Source: Eledone cirrhosa (taxonomy: Eukaryota). From it: a stretch of DNA of 64,000 bases. Both the position numbers and the translations under genes were made by a program. The stretch spans positions 19,592,001 to 19,656,000 of the forward strand of contig OZ024764.1 of the NCBI GenBank assembly GCA_964016885.1, read 5' to 3'. Below, in pieces: positions 1 through 13,368 of this stretch. How positions within the stretch are numbered: position 1 is the stretch's first letter; the number at the start of each line of letters is the position of its first letter. The notes under the pieces were generated by a model that ran no database searches, was not told the DNA's origin, and saw only the letters and a program-made list of their open reading frames with translations.

Positions 1-149
1 CTAAGGGGTCCAGAGAAAAAATACTGGAAAAGGGGTATAGCAAGAATTCTAAGAAAAATAATTATTCTCACCCAACGTGAGGTGTGAGTAGATTTGTTAA
101 ACTACATCTCTTTGTACACTTTCACCCTACCCTTTCTACAAATCTGGTC

Positions 150-360
150 GTTTCCGTGAGGGTACCTGGTTATTTCAGCACCGTAGCCTCACCTTACTGA
201 GGTGTCAGGTGATATCAGTAAGAGTACCTGGTTATCTCAGCACCTTAGCCTCACCTTACAGAGGCGTCAGGTGATACCCGTGAGGGTACCTGGTTATTTC
301 AGCACCTTAGCCTCACCATCACCCGTTGTAATGCTGCCAGTGTGTTGGCTTGCCTCAAAG
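150..360 (+). repeat. Degraded 3' end of CRE-like RLE retrotransposon, with a ~62-bp segment tandemly triplicated
   Basis: gagggtacctggttatttcagcaccttagcctcaccatcacccg...gccagtgtgttggcttgcctcaaa aligns to the reverse complement of 750-830. The unit recurs at ~157, 218 and 280. Confidence 0.65.
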
Positions 361-739
361 TGTGTAGTTAACCCCTAGAGTGTGAGGTGTGGCCTATTAT
401 CACACTGTAAATTCAATTTATTCACGTTTATAATAACATATATAATGACACAATGCTTAGAGGAAAGTCATAAAATCACTTATATCAACACAAGTGGATA
501 AGTTCCTTCAGAATGAAAATATAAACAGAGCATATAAATAAATTTACAGTAGAATAACATAACAAATATGTTTTAAATATATAAATAACATTACAAATGC
601 CTCGGTAACACTATAAAGGATGATACAATGAAAGATAAATTCCTTCAATGTTGCAATATTAAAGAAAATGTAAAGGAAGGGGTGGACAACGGAGCCAACA
701 CCAGAGCAAAAGACAGCAACGAGGGGTACTGGGAAACCT

Positions 740-1217
740 CTCTAATGAGTTTTGAGGCAAGCCAGCACACTGGCAGTGTTACCTCGGGTGATGGCGAGGC
801 TGAGGTGCTGGAACAGCCAAGCGCCCTCGCGATTTCGACAGTTAACTCTATAAGGCGAGCCGCCAGTGAGGAAAGGAACCTCGCAGTCAGCGGCCCGACT
901 CCCCCAAACGTCTCGAAAGCCACAGGCTGAAAAATGTAGCTGGCCGACAGATCAGAGTATTTGAGGGTCTTACTCCGCTCGGCTGCCGAAGCTGTGGCTC
1001 TCGTCCTTACCGCAGCATCAAGGATATGGGAAAGAGCAAAGGAGTCACTAACAGTGACGTCCCAGATTAAGCACCTGCCTCTCGACCAGGGGCACAGGGT
1101 AAGGGCGTCAGGTCTTTTGCCGTCACTTCTGGACAACCCAGATGGTTCCAAGACTGAGGGGATGTTTGCCCGGGCCAAAGCTCTCTTCAGAGTAAAGTTT
1201 AGCTCCGTGTGACGGGC
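740..1217 (-). mobile_element. Non-LTR retrotransposon fragment, restriction-like endonuclease (RLE) domain, CRE-like clade
   Basis: Translation reads RHTELN..LKRAL..EPSGLSRSDGKRPD..PWSRG..WDVTV..AERSKTLKY..PVAFETFG. After a frameshift it continues WLFQHLSLAITRGNTASVL. This is the typical RLE C-terminus. Confidence 0.8.
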
Positions 1218-2546
1218 AAGTTAGCTCCTCTCGTGCGTGCTGCAGTTGGTGGAGAATGAGAGGTCGAAGGCTGACTGTTTGTCACATTAGTCGTTCCACC
1301 AAGCAGGTCTCTTGGTCGTTCAACGCATGCCACCGCCACCTAGAGTGGACTAGGTTAAAGTGGTGGCAACTTTAGCAATCGGCAATCGCCGGTGATAGTT
1401 CGGTCGAAACATCGGGCCACCGGCGGGTTGAACGAATACCTAGGTGGGCTGTGCGCGAGGAGGAAGTAAGGGTTGAGCAAGGGGAGGGATGGAAGGTGTT
1501 GAAGGAGAGAGAAGATGATGAGTGCGTGGAGAGGAGTGTGGTCATGTGAGAGGCAGGTAAATACGGTGGGAGAGAAAGAGCACTGAACATGCAAAGAGAA
1601 GGAAAATAAAAACGCTAGAAATACAAAATCTAAGGCTGTGAGTTTGTGTAATAGTTCGCATGGGTAAATCCGCAGTAAAAACCGAAATTGTGAGTTTGTG
1701 TAAAAAAGAAAAAACAAAAAAAAAACATGGGCAAGACTTAAGTAAAATCAAAACCTGAATGATAGTGATACAAGATGTTTACAATTACGGAGTGATTACA
1801 TTACTGGACCTGAATTCCATCAAGTGGTCAAAGCTTCTAATTCTGTGAAATAGAATGGAAGTATGGATTGACCTTTCAGTCACACCTGACTATAAATAGA
1901 TTCAGGTTATTTCAAGAGGGAGATGGGATGGTTCCTCGCCATTTATAATTATTTATATTTTATATTTGGGGGGTTTGATTTTGAAAAATTGTAAGTGTAT
2001 ATTAAGGAGGAAAGTATAATTGTGTGATACAATTGCTCCAGGTTGGTTCCCTACGTTGTTGCCACAAACAATTCTTTTTTCCTCCGAACATCTGTTATTC
2101 CTCTCCGTAGATTATAAATGGTAAAATCCGTTCGATCCAACCGAATGGAAAATCCAGTTCCTTGAAGAATATTTTGAGTTGTCTCGGACAAAGCAAAAAA
2201 AGGGGAACGTTGAAAATGTTTACCTCGTTTCGTGGTGAATTGCCATCTCCCTCTGTGTTTATCTTTCCTTTATCATTATTGTTCAATAAATTATATTATT
2301 ATACACAGTTTAGACAATATATTTGTAATGTCTTTCTCAAGGAATTGCCAGCAATTTATAATGTTATTTACACACTTATGTTATTTATGTATATATTTAA
2401 AACATATTTACAACGTTATTCTACTGTAAATTTATACAATTGTAATAAAATATATTAATTATATCATCACATAATATAAAAACGACCTTTAGAATATTTA
2501 AATATTTAGTTTTGTTAATTTATTTTTCAGCAACAACAAAAGTTTT

Positions 2547-2790
2547 CACTTTAATTAATTAGAGGTAGGTAAAATATAGATAATTACGATAACATTTTAT
2601 ATTTCCAGTAATGAAACAAACAAGAAAATATATATTTGTGATGTGAAAAGTGAGCTTAAATCTACAATATTAATAGACATAATACTTACATTATAGTTTC
2701 AGGTGTTTAGTATTTACAGAAATGTCTAATTGATGTTGTAGGAAGACTAACACGTGGACAGGAAGTCGACACTGCACCACTGCGCATGCT
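2547..2790 (-). promoter_or_regulatory. Putative promoter and first-exon donor of a minus-strand ZNF paralog
   Basis: 2547-2696 is a near-identical copy of 23994-24143. Contains a minus-strand donor (acttac, 2684-2689), ETS-like caggaagt (~2760) and NRF1-like tgcgcatgc (2781-2789). Confidence 0.4.
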
Positions 2791-3170
2791 TCAAGGTTTT
2801 TTTTGTGACGTTAAAATATTTTTACCGAATTAAATTATGTAAAGTTTGTAATAAAAAAATGAAGTTGAAAACAGTAAATGTAATTAAAATAGAGAAAGTA
2901 AGGTGTTGGTGGTGAGGAATGGACGGTAGACGTTTCACCTCAGTCTAGGTAGTGTATTTTACCTGTGTCACTCGGACAATAGCCAGCGATGACCACTACA
3001 CCAACCACTCTCCCCTTCAGGTGGTGTCCATTTCGTGAGTCTGTAGAATAACAGGGCAGTTGAAAGACAGAGGACAGCAGAGGAGGTCTTGACTTGATAA
3101 GAGTATCACTTGATACCTCGATATAACCTGTTGGTAGAAATAGTAGGGTGTTGGTTCAATCGTTAGATGG

Positions 3171-3500
3171 CAGAGATCACCGGGTATCTCGGTAAGATCG
3201 GGTAGTATGGAGGCCAAGTTGCCAGAAGAACTAAGTAACCTGACAGAGATCACCGGGTATCTCGTAAGATCGTGTCATATGGAGGCTAAGTTGCCAGAAC
3301 AGCTAAGTACCCTGACAGAGATCACCGGGTATCTCGGTAAGATCGAGTCATATGGAGGCTAAGTTGCCAGAACAGCTAAGTAACCTGACAGAGATCACCG
3401 GGTATCTCGGTAAGATCGGGTCATATGGAGGCTAAGTTGCCAGAACAGCTAAGTACCCTCACAAGAGTCATCGGGTACTACGGTAAAGCCAGCCGCCAAC
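3171..3500 (-). repeat. 73-bp tandem repeat (4 copies) derived from the CRE-like 3' end
   Basis: Units start at 3171, 3244, 3316 and 3389. The reverse complement contains gagggtacttagctgttctggcaacttagcctc, homologous to the RLE tail. Confidence 0.65.
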
Positions 3501-3784
3501 AGTGACAACAACTTCGTTGTCAGCAGCCCAGCTTCTCAAACATCACAGACTGGAATAAATACTTTGCTGATAATTACTGGTAGTTTAGCTTTTATTTCGT
3601 TCGTCTACGGAAGCCGTGACCCTCACTTTTACTACAGCATGTAGGATATGGGAGGGAGAGAAAAACATCACTAACTGGGGTCTCACAAATGTGACAGTTA
3701 GTTTTGAAAATACACATACAAGATACAAGACAAATTACTAGACTGAAATATATTTGATAGGGAATAAAGAGTAGAATATTCTAG

Positions 3785-3945
3785 TCTGTGGTGTTGGAGA
3801 AGTTTGGAGGAGATAGGTCCCTGACAACGAGGTTCTTGTTATCGTTGGCAGCTCTCCTTACCGAGGTGTCAGGTGATACATATGAGGGTGTTTGGTAGTT
3901 CCAACATCTTAGCCTTGCTATCACTCGAGGTAAGACTGTCTCAGA
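3785..3945 (+). mobile_element. Degraded CRE-like RLE tail
   Basis: Aligns to the reverse complement of 770-930 (ctgacaacgaggttcttg...gagggtgtttggtagttccaacatcttagccttgctatcactcgaggtaa). Confidence 0.6.
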
Positions 3946-4250
3946 AAGTATTAGAGGGAGACTCCGGCACCCCATGTGATGTGAGACTGATTGACAGAGT
4001 GTTGACTTAATATTTTCATTTGTTGTGATTCTATGTGAAATATATCTCTATGTAAGTAACTTGGTTACGTGAATCATTGTGAATCTCGTAAATACTTAAA
4101 CAGAAATCTACTTAGGACACAAAATAAAGTAGATTCCATCGTACAAAGTATCTAAAGAATGTATGTCAAAAAGAAGAGTTATCTACCCTTACATATGTAA
4201 TACAGTAGTGTATGTTTGTGTGTTTCTCTCTCTCTCTATATATATATTTT

Positions 4251-4465
4251 ATGATCGACTTTTCGTCAAATCGGACCAAGGAAACAATGTCTCCATTGGT
4301 CTTTCCAATTGCTAATACTATCTATCGGTCGCAACTCTAGGTAGAAGGAGCAACGTGAAATAAAATGTCTTGCTCAAGGACATAACGCATCGCCCAGTCT
4401 GAGAATCGAACTCACAACCTCACAATTCCGAATCCAATTCTCTAACCACTCAGCCACACGCCTTC
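4251..4465 (-). mobile_element. tRNA-derived SINE (CORE-like central domain)
   Basis: Reverse complement has A box tggctgagtgg, B box gttcgattc, then gtccttgagcaagaca. Homologous to 24423-24635 and 63645-63768. Confidence 0.75.
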
Positions 4466-4799
4466 ATATTTATATATGAAAAAGATCTCGTTTTTTTTAC
4501 AAAAACAATATAAAATAATAGAAGGTGGAGAAGTTAAAACAGCTTAACATACAGTAATTTATTATAATAAACACTACAAAAGACTGTCTCATACTTCTTT
4601 GAAAGATGTTTTCAAACAAAGACGTGTAAACAATCCTATTGTGTTAAAAGTAATAATTACGTATGAAACAAATTATTCATTAAAGTAATTAGCAAATACG
4701 TTTTATATATGGTGTCTAGCAAGGGGAACCACTCGCCTCACTCCTATTGGTGCTGACAGTTGACAACATGGTCTAGTTACCCCTGTCTGGTACCTAGAT

Positions 4800-5010
4800 G
4801 ACACAACCCAGGGTGGCCCGGCTGAGACAGGTTAAGGCCTCTCTATACCCAAGTATATTACAGTCCAACATAACTGGGATGACGTCAATTGTAGGTCTCT
4901 TCACACCGGTCACCATCGAGACCTCAGAAGTACTTGGACCCCATACTGCCAAGCTCCTCTGTAAGATCAGAACGTTGGTGGCCCTTCTGAAGAGGGAGTC
5001 CCATGAGGTT
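4800..5010 (+). mobile_element. Older CRE-like RLE fragment
   Basis: ORF segment FTPVTIETSEVLGPHTAKLL resembles FQPVAFETFGGVGPLTARFL of the 645-1178 ORF. Confidence 0.45.
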
Positions 5011-5274
5011 GGGGTGGCTGTTGCAGTGGGTGTCACTGTCCATCGTCCGGGGTGAATACTTTTGCAGTCTTATCCACAGGGCGCAGCACTTCTGCCCCTT
5101 GACCCAGACCCAAAGCTCAATTATTTCCTTTTTGCTGTGAGGACTTTCGTATTTAGTTCTTTTATGACCCCTCTTTGAAATGTAGTCTTTGTCTCATGTG
5201 GTGACCTCCTGGTAGTTAATGTAGCAGAACACACTGAAGGACATGCTGCCCTCCCTAGTGTTGGTAACCTACAT

Positions 5275-7316
5275 CAGACATGTCAAACATGCGGCCCTTT
5301 GCAAGCAAACCTGCGGCCCACACAAAGGTTTTTATTGTGCGAGCATGTTTCATTTTCGTAATATAAAATTTAGAACATTTTCGATACAATTGTTTTTTGG
5401 TGCAATTTTTGTCAACTATTTTTAACTTCCATTAATCACGTGCAGCTCATTAACAGAAAACTCTCTTTCAAAATTTCAAAAGATTTTGTTTTTGAAATGG
5501 TTAGTGCTCCTCCAGCTAAGAGAAAAAGGAAATTGAACGAAGAAGGGCAAGTGTTTCAAGAAAAGTGGGAATTACAGTATATTTGCCCAATGGTGAACAG
5601 AAAGATACACTGTTTAATTTGCAACAACTACATCTCCACGCCAAAAGAGTACAATTTAAAAAGACATTATGAAACAAACCATCGATCTTACTATAGATAT
5701 TAAGGCCCAATGTGTGTTTCAAGACTCAAGGAATTGAAGTCTAACTTGACACAGCAACAGACCTGTTTTATGTTAATTCAGGAAGAGAATGTCACTTCTG
5801 TTACTGCAAGCTATGAACTCAGTCAAATGATTGCCATGAGTGGGAAATCTTACAGTGAAGGAGATTTTGTAAAGCAATGTCTTGTAAAAACAGCTGAAAT
5901 TGTCCAGAGAAAGCAGAGTTATTCAAAGACATTTCATTAACCAGGAACACTGTTGCTGAACAGATTAATGAAATGTCAGGTGATCTGAAACAACAGTTAA
6001 AGGCTGTATCATCAAGGTTTGAACATGTTTCTATTGCTATTGAAGAGACTGTTGACATCACTGGAATAGTACAGCTTGCATTCTTCATCAGGGCCTGTGA
6101 CAGTGAATTTAATATTTATGAAGAACTGATTGAACTGGTCCCCATGCATGACATTATAACAAGCCAGGACATCTTTGAGAAGGTCAAGCAGGGTCTGCAT
6201 GGTTTTGATCTGAGTAAACTTGTATGTTTATCTACTGACAGTGCTGCAAATATGGTTGGTAGACATAATGGTGTTGCTGCCAAGTTACAAACAAAAATAG
6301 AAAACTCATATCTAGATTCCTCATTTGCACATTTTCACTATTATTCATCAGCAAAATTTATGTTCAAAGATTTTAAAATTGCATCATGTGCTTAGCTTGG
6401 TCACAAAGACATTGAACTAAATCAGAGGCCGTGCTCTCAACCACCGTCAGTTCAGCCAGTTGTTGGAAGATATGGATAATCAGTTCACTGATGTTCCATT
6501 CTACACAGAAGTCTGCTGGTTGACATGTCACAAAGTGCTGAAAAGATTCTATTTGTTGAAATAATTATGTTTTTGGAGATGAAAGATCAAAACACAGATG
6601 AAATAAAAGATGAAAGTTGGCTCCAACATCTGGCTTTTGTTGTGGATACTACTGCACAATTAACTGATCTTAATTTGAAATTACAAGGTAAAAACAAACC
6701 CATCACTCAGTTGTATGATGACATCAAGTGCTTCATTAGAAAACTTAGCTTATGGAAGTCTCCGTTGTCAGATGAACATTTAATACATTTTCTTATGTGC
6801 AAAGAGCTGAAAATCACTGCCCATACTGAGTCAGTACTTAGCTCAACAAAAACTTCTCAGAGAACAAGGTTGACAGATCAACACTTGTCATTTCTGATTA
6901 AAGTTGAAACTGTACAGACATTTCAGCCAGACATACCAAAAATTGTCAACAGAAAGAAGTGTCAAGCCTCAGGACAAAACACTAAAAATGGTTGAATAGT
7001 AGCAAATAAATGTTCAGTTTTGAACTGTTGTTATTTGTGTACAATGTATTTGTTGCTGTTACAATCTGCAAGTATATGTTGACATGTTAAATTTTAGTTT
7101 TTTGTCAAACTACTTCATTACTTTGTATTCATGAATGCTGCTAAAACATTTGTATGTACATTGTATGTTTCTAAATTTAAGTAACAAATCTTTCTGCAAT
7201 ATATTTTATTAAATGACTAATTAGTTGTCGTGTACATAATTAGTTGTAGTGTGCAACCCTCAGACAACACATGTGACCTATGTGGACCTTAGGGAACCCT
7301 CAGTTTGTTATGTCTC
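5275..7316 (+). mobile_element. hAT (Charlie/SPIN-like) DNA transposon with disrupted transposase
   Basis: Imperfect 14-bp TIRs (cagacatgtcaaac / gtttgttatgtctc) and a perfect 8-bp TSD acctacat (5267-5274, 7317-7324). ORF pieces: BED finger CLIC..NLKRHYETNH, SIAIEETVDITG..QLAFFIR, STDSAANMVG, LNLKLQG. Confidence 0.9.
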
Positions 7317-7609
7317 ACCTACATGACAAACACACCCAACACAGGCTGTAATGTGGTTGGTCATGTGAAGGACATCTAGCCATAGAAAGCTTGCCCGACA
7401 ATAGTGTCGGAGAACCCTTCAATCATGACAAAGACATGACAACCTTTTCTGTGCACTCAGTAGCAAATGAGACCTTATGTAAATAAGTCTCAGATCCTTG
7501 GTCTGTCTGGGAGATCAGTAGCCTCACTTCAGTACTTACTTGGTTGAAGTAGACTCATTAAACCCTTGCTAGCAGGGAAATCTGATGTTGATTATGTAAC
7601 CTCAACCTC

Positions 7610-8160
7610 TTCTTATTAATCCAGTCATTCCAGAGAGCGTCTTGGGTGCAGAGTCCTCAAACACTCCCTCCATCAGGTCCTGTCAGAAGCAACCCACTCC
7701 AACTGATCTGGCTGGATCTCCAACTGATCTGGCTGGATCTCCCAGAGAGACCAGCCAAGCTCATGGATGTTATGTGACCATCTTGCTCAGGTCTACCCCT
7801 GGGTCTCCTGCCGGTTAGTTTTGCCTGTAAAATCTATCCAGTGATTCTTTCCTCAGACATTCTAACCACATGGCCATAGTATTGCAGCTGTGATCTCTCA
7901 ATTCGGAGAAGTAACAGCTCCACCTGGAGTGACTCTCTGATCTCAGAGCTATGCACTTTATTGAGAAAAGTTCCTTCAAAGACCCTTCAGAGGAATCCCA
8001 TATCTACCATTTGTATTCCCAATCATATTATTTTGGTCATTACCCAAGATATGTGACCATAGGTAAGGGTTGGCACAAAAACCTAATTGAAGACAGCAAG
8101 TTTGGCTTTTATGCCTACCTCCCTTCTTCTGATTACTGAATATTGGAGCTGGTGCATTAC
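7610..8160 (-). mobile_element. Degraded RTE-clade LINE 3' fragment
   Basis: Minus-strand translation ERSQLQYYGHVVRMSEERI...GRRPRGRP, the RTE C-terminal motif. Confidence 0.7.
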
Positions 8161-8169
8161 TGATATTTC

Positions 8170-8760
8170 ACTGCCCACACTGCAAAGTGGTTGGGTAGGA
8201 GATATGACAAAAAGCACCCAACCCACACTGTAAAGAACAAACACTCAACATTATAAGGTGGTCATGTAGGTGATATGACAAAAAGAAACCAGCCCACACT
8301 GCAAAGAACACACAGTCAACATTATGAGGTGGTCATGTAGGTGATATGACAAAAAGAAACCAGCCCACACTGCAAAGCGGTCATGTAGATGTTACGACGA
8401 AAAGCACCCAGTCCACACTGTAAAGTGGTCATCTAGGTGACAACAAAAAGTACCCAGTCCACACTGTAAAGTGGTCATGTAGGTGTCACAACAAAAAGGA
8501 CCCAGCCCACACTGTAAAGTGATCATGTATGTGTCACAACAAAAAGCACCCAGCCCACACTGTAAAGTGGTCCTGATGGTGAGATGGTAAAATGCACCCA
8601 GTACTCAATGTAAATAAGGTTGGTGCTATGAAGGGCATCCAGCTGTAGAAACCAAACCAAAATTTGTTCTGTAGGAGCAATACATTATCACCTGACCTGG
8701 CCTTGCTTACAACAGGATAACTCGTCTCACCCATGCCATATGAAATTAGATGTTCTTCTC
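8170..8760 (+). repeat. RTE-related short element with ~48-bp tandem expansion
   Basis: Repeats of aaaagcacccagtccacactgtaaagtggtcatgtaggtg, followed by ggttggtgctatgaagggcatccagctgtagaaa. Same unit as 35130-36600 on the opposite strand. Confidence 0.65.
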
Positions 8761-9046
8761 TAAAAATATATAATTATCTTTTATATTAATGTTAATGATA
8801 AAGAATAAATAATATAATAAATATACCACCATAGGTGCTGAGGTGGCTAGCTGCTGGTGTGAACCTCACAAGATGGAATGGCTCTTCCAGCACATCTAGA
8901 ACATGACCCTCTAATATCTAGTATTTAGTAACAAACTAGACTACCCGGGACCTGTTGGGTCACGTTCCTTTAGCACTATTTTTTAAAAGTCATTTAAAAT
9001 AATTTTTAAATAGTTAAAATATACACATACGTATATATATATATAT

Positions 9047-9325
9047 CATCATCATCACCGTTTTACGTCCGTTCTTCCACGCTAGCATGGGTTAGACGGG
9101 CTGTCCTGTTGTGGGCAGCGTCTGGTCGGCTAACCATGCCTTGCTCATACAGGAACTGATTTGGCTTGATTTCTACAGCTGGATGCCCTTCCTAACACCA
9201 ACCTCATTTACAGTGAGTGCTGGGTGCTTTTTCGTGGCACCTACATGTCCACTTTACAGTGTGGGCTCGGTGGTTTTTTGCCGTGGCACCTCCACGACCA
9301 CCTTGCGGTGGGAGGTGTGGGGGCA
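9047..9325 (-). mobile_element. RTE-tail short element (SINE or 5'-truncated RTE 3' UTR)
   Basis: Reverse complement has ggtgttaggaagggcatccagctgtagaaa ... gctagcgtggaagaacggacgtaaaacggtgatgatgatg. Confidence 0.7.
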
Positions 9326-9782
9326 TATTGTCTATATGCTTCATACGTATATATATATACAGATACGTATATATACAGATACGTATATATGCACATACGT
9401 ATATATATATATATATATACACACACACATATTTTATTAAACAACACCATCAGCTCCATCTCGCTCACAACCACTATCTCTTTCTCTCCCTATATTTATC
9501 AAGGTACCCAGAAAACCCCGTATCTTGGGAACCTGTGCTCCATTTTATACAAAACTTGTTTTATTCTTTTCAAAGTATTTCCCCCATTATGCACTGTTTT
9601 AGCTGTATTAAATTACAGACAAGACACAATCACAGAGTTTTAGTAGTATATAGATAATATAGCTTCAAATTAAAGTTAGTAAACGACAGTTTGGAGAAAT
9701 CTGTAACATTTATTAAACATTCCTCAAGTTTGTCAATTCTATAGCACAATAGTTTGTTAGTTAAAGTGTTTAGTTAGATGTT

Positions 9783-10147
9783 CTACATATAAAGAAGAGA
9801 GAATACTTTACCACAAATATTACAGTGGTATAATGATTTTCCCATCTTTACTGGAAAATATTCCTATGTTGATGTAAATATTTCTATTGTTCATAATTTT
9901 ACCAAATGTGATCTTTGTCAATATCAAAATATTTTGAAAACTCCTTTGTAAATATCCAAAGTTTAATCAGAATGTAAAATCATCTTGTAAATATTCTAGA
10001 CAGTGAAAATGGAAAATGTTATTTATCTCAATTCAGAAGAAATATTTCACCATAATTCACCACAGACTAAACAAGTTTATATCACTTGAATGTAATATCT
10101 TTCTGTTGTCTTTAAAAGACTCTTTTCTGTCAAGGTCATGTGATATT
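9783..10147 (-). pseudogene. Truncated C2H2 ZNF paralog remnant
   Basis: 9845 to 9783 reads [20 protein letters not shown]. An upstream acceptor-like site (ctgaaata, ~10147) mirrors the one at ~13663. Confidence 0.6.
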
Positions 10148-10164
10148 CTGAAATAGTAGAGAAA

Positions 10165-12056
10165 CATTATTAAGATATTTAGAAAATAGAGATACAACGG
10201 TGAAAACTTTACTACATCTCTATATTAATAGATCACCTTACATGGTGACAAAAACACTGCAACACTAACTTACAGGAAAACATCTAGTTACTTGATCTAG
10301 TTACTTCAATCAGGTGAAGAGATAAACTAGATTGACTTCATTCTCATCAGAAAACAGGATAGACAGATGGTTGGGAATATTAACTCCTTTACTGGAGAAG
10401 GACATACCACTCAACATAGACTAGATACTAGGTGTAAGATCTAGAGGAACTGACAGATACAAGACTATCTGGAGATAGAAGGGTTGGAGAGTAAAAGATC
10501 TCCCTGTTAAATATAAGATCTAGAGGGACTGTGAGAGGTACAAGGAAACCTAGAGAAAAAGGTAGGGACAGTAAAACATCTCCCTGTTAAATATAAGATG
10601 TAGAGGGCCTGTGAGAGAGGTGCAAGACAACCTAGAGAAAAGGGTAGAGATAGTAAAAGATCTCCCTGTTAAATATAAGATATAGAGGGACTGTGAGAGA
10701 GGTAAAAGACAACCTAGAGAAAAGGGTAGGGATAGTAAAAGATCTCCCTGTTAAATATAAGATATAGAGGGACTGTGAGAGAGGTACAAGACAACCTAGA
10801 GAAAAGGGTAGGGACAGTAAAAGAGCTCCCTGTTAAATATAAATTCAGAGATGTTCTACATGATACATATGATAAGGAGGAGGAGATTGATAGCTATGAC
10901 ATAGAAGATATCTGGAAGTTTCTTTCTGCCAGCAAGATGAATGTTGCCTTGGTGATGGAATAGTACAGTAGATAGAAGTTGAAATCTAAAAGACCTGAAG
11001 AGTCAGGAAGGGAACAACAATATCAAATAGTTAAAATGGAAGCTAGGTATTAGGCTTACAAGTTATTGATTTCTGTTATTATTGTTAAAATCTGTTTAAT
11101 CTGTGATATTTGAGACAATGTACAGGACAATAGAATTAATATCAATGTCAGACTAGCAACAACAAAATTAATTATTAAGATATTTAGAAAATAGAGATAC
11201 AACGGTGAAAACTTTACTACATCTCTATATTAATAGATCACCTTACATGGTGACACAAACACTGCAACACTAACTTACAGGAAAACATCTAGTTACTTGA
11301 TCTAGTTACTTCAATCAGGTGAAGAGATAAACTAGATTGACTTCATTCTCATCAGAAAACAGGATAGACAGATGGTTGGGAATATTAACTCCTTTACTGG
11401 AGAAGGACGTACCACTCAACATAGACTAGATACTAGGTGTAAGATCTAGAGGAACTGACAGATACAAGACTATCTGGAGATAGAAGGGTTGGAGAGTAAA
11501 AGATCTCCCTGTTAAATATAAGATATAGAGGGACTGAGAGACTGGTACAAGACAATCTAGAGAAAAGTGTAGGGATAGTAACAGATCTCCCTGTTAAATA
11601 TAAGATATAGAGGGACTGTGAGAGAGGTACAAGACAACCTAGAGAAAAGGGTAGAGACAGTAAAAGATCCCCCTTTAAATATAAATTCAGAGATGTTCTA
11701 CATGATACATATGATAAGGAGGAGGAGATAGATAGCTATGACATAGAAGATATCTGGAAGTTCCTTTCAGACAGCCTGTTGTGAACCACTGATGAGATCT
11801 GTACTTGATGTAAGCTGCCAGCCAGATGAATGTTGCCTTGGTGATGGAATAGTACAGTAGATAGAAGTTGAAATCTAAAAGACCTGAAGAGACAGGAGGG
11901 GAACAACAATATCAAATAGTTAAAATGGAAGCTAGATATTAGGCTTACAAGTTATTGATTTCTGTTGTTACTGTTAAAATCTGTTTAATCTGTGATATTT
12001 GAGACAATGTACAGGACAATAGAATTAATATCAATGTCAGACTAGCAACAACAAAA
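10165..12056 (+). repeat. ~1-kb tandem duplication of an old RTE endonuclease fragment containing an 82-bp minisatellite
   Basis: 10165-11167 is repeated at 11172-12056. The sequence aligns to 44400-44900. The 82-bp unit occurs ~4 times in copy 1 and ~2 times in copy 2. Confidence 0.8.
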
Positions 12057-12336
12057 GTTTTCATTTTATTGGCAGGTTTAAATTACAGAAGTTCCCAACC
12101 TTTACTAAAAATACAAATATATATCTTACCTGTTAAAGTATAATAAATCAAAGTCTAATGTGAAAAACTTTAATTTACACAAAATCTTCAAACACTGCTT
12201 CAAAAATGGAAACCTGGTGTTTATGATCCCTGTCCTAGGTAAAACCTACAAGGTTAACCCCAGTTTTAGCAAGGATGATGGATCTACACAATTGTTGTTG
12301 TTGTAGTATGATGTAATGAGTTTGATATTGATACAG

Positions 12337-13368
12337 CTAAACTTCTTTATGACTATGTGCATGCTTGGTTAAATGCTGTGTTTGAGTAAATGATTTACCA
12401 CAGATGACACAGTGATATGGCTTCTCTCCTGTATGAAAACGTTTGTGGGTAGTTAAGGTACCACTTTGACTGAATGATTTATCACACATATCACATTGAT
12501 ATGGCTTCTCTCCTGTATGAATACGTTTGTGAATAGGTAAGTAATGACTTCGAGAGAATGATTTACCACAGATATCACAGTGATATAGCTTCTCTCCTGT
12601 ATGAATACGTTTGTGTTTAGTTAAGCTACTATTTTCAGAGAATGATTTACCACAGATGTCACAATGATATGTCTTCTCTCCTGTATGAATATGTTTATGT
12701 TTAGTTAAGGTACTACTAAGAGAGAATGATTTACCACAGATATCACACTGATATGGTTTTTCTCCTGTATGAATACGTTTATGAGTGGTTAAGGTATTAC
12801 TATGAGAAAATGATCTATCACAAGTATCACAGTGATATGGTTTCTCTCCTGTGTGAATACGTAAGTGCCGAGTTAATTTATTACTGTTAGAGAATGATTT
12901 ATCACAGATATCACAGTGGTATGGCTTGTCTCCTGTGTGAAGACGCTTGTGAATAGTTAATTTAATATTTTTAGAGAATGATGTACCACAGATATCACAG
13001 TGATATGGCTTCTGTCCAGTATGACAACGTTTATGATTAGTCAGGTTACTATTTTCAGAGAATGATTTACTACAGATATCACAGTGATATGGCTTCTCTC
13101 CTGAGTGACAACGTTTGTGTCGCGTTAGTTTATAATTTTTAGAGAATGATTTACCACAGATATCACAGTGATATGGCTTCTCTTCTGTATGAATATGTTT
13201 ATGTCTAGTTAATTTATTATTTTTAGAGAATGATTTACCACAGATATCACAGTGATATGGTTTCTCTTCTGTATGACTTAGTTTGTGTCTAGTTAATTTA
13301 TTATTTTTAGAGAATGATTTACCACAGATATCACAGTGGAATGGTGATTTTACTATATCTTTTGACAT
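12337..13368 (-). CDS. C2H2 zinc-finger protein, 12 tandem fingers, no effector domain visible
   Basis: Intact 343-aa ORF of CxxC-x12-HxxxH repeats with TGEKPY linkers, ending HKEV*. Acceptor-like sites at ~13375 and ~13663. Confidence 0.93.
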   Translation of the reverse strand: MSKDIVKSPFHCDICGKSFSKNNKLTRHKLSHTEEKPYHCDICGKSFSKNNKLTRHKHIHTEEKPYHCDICGKSFSKNYKLTRHKRCHSGEKPYHCDICSKSFSENSNLTNHKRCHTGQKPYHCDICGTSFSKNIKLTIHKRLHTGDKPYHCDICDKSFSNSNKLTRHLRIHTGEKPYHCDTCDRSFSHSNTLTTHKRIHTGEKPYQCDICGKSFSLSSTLTKHKHIHTGEKTYHCDICGKSFSENSSLTKHKRIHTGEKLYHCDICGKSFSRSHYLPIHKRIHTGEKPYQCDMCDKSFSQSGTLTTHKRFHTGEKPYHCVICGKSFTQTQHLTKHAHSHKEV

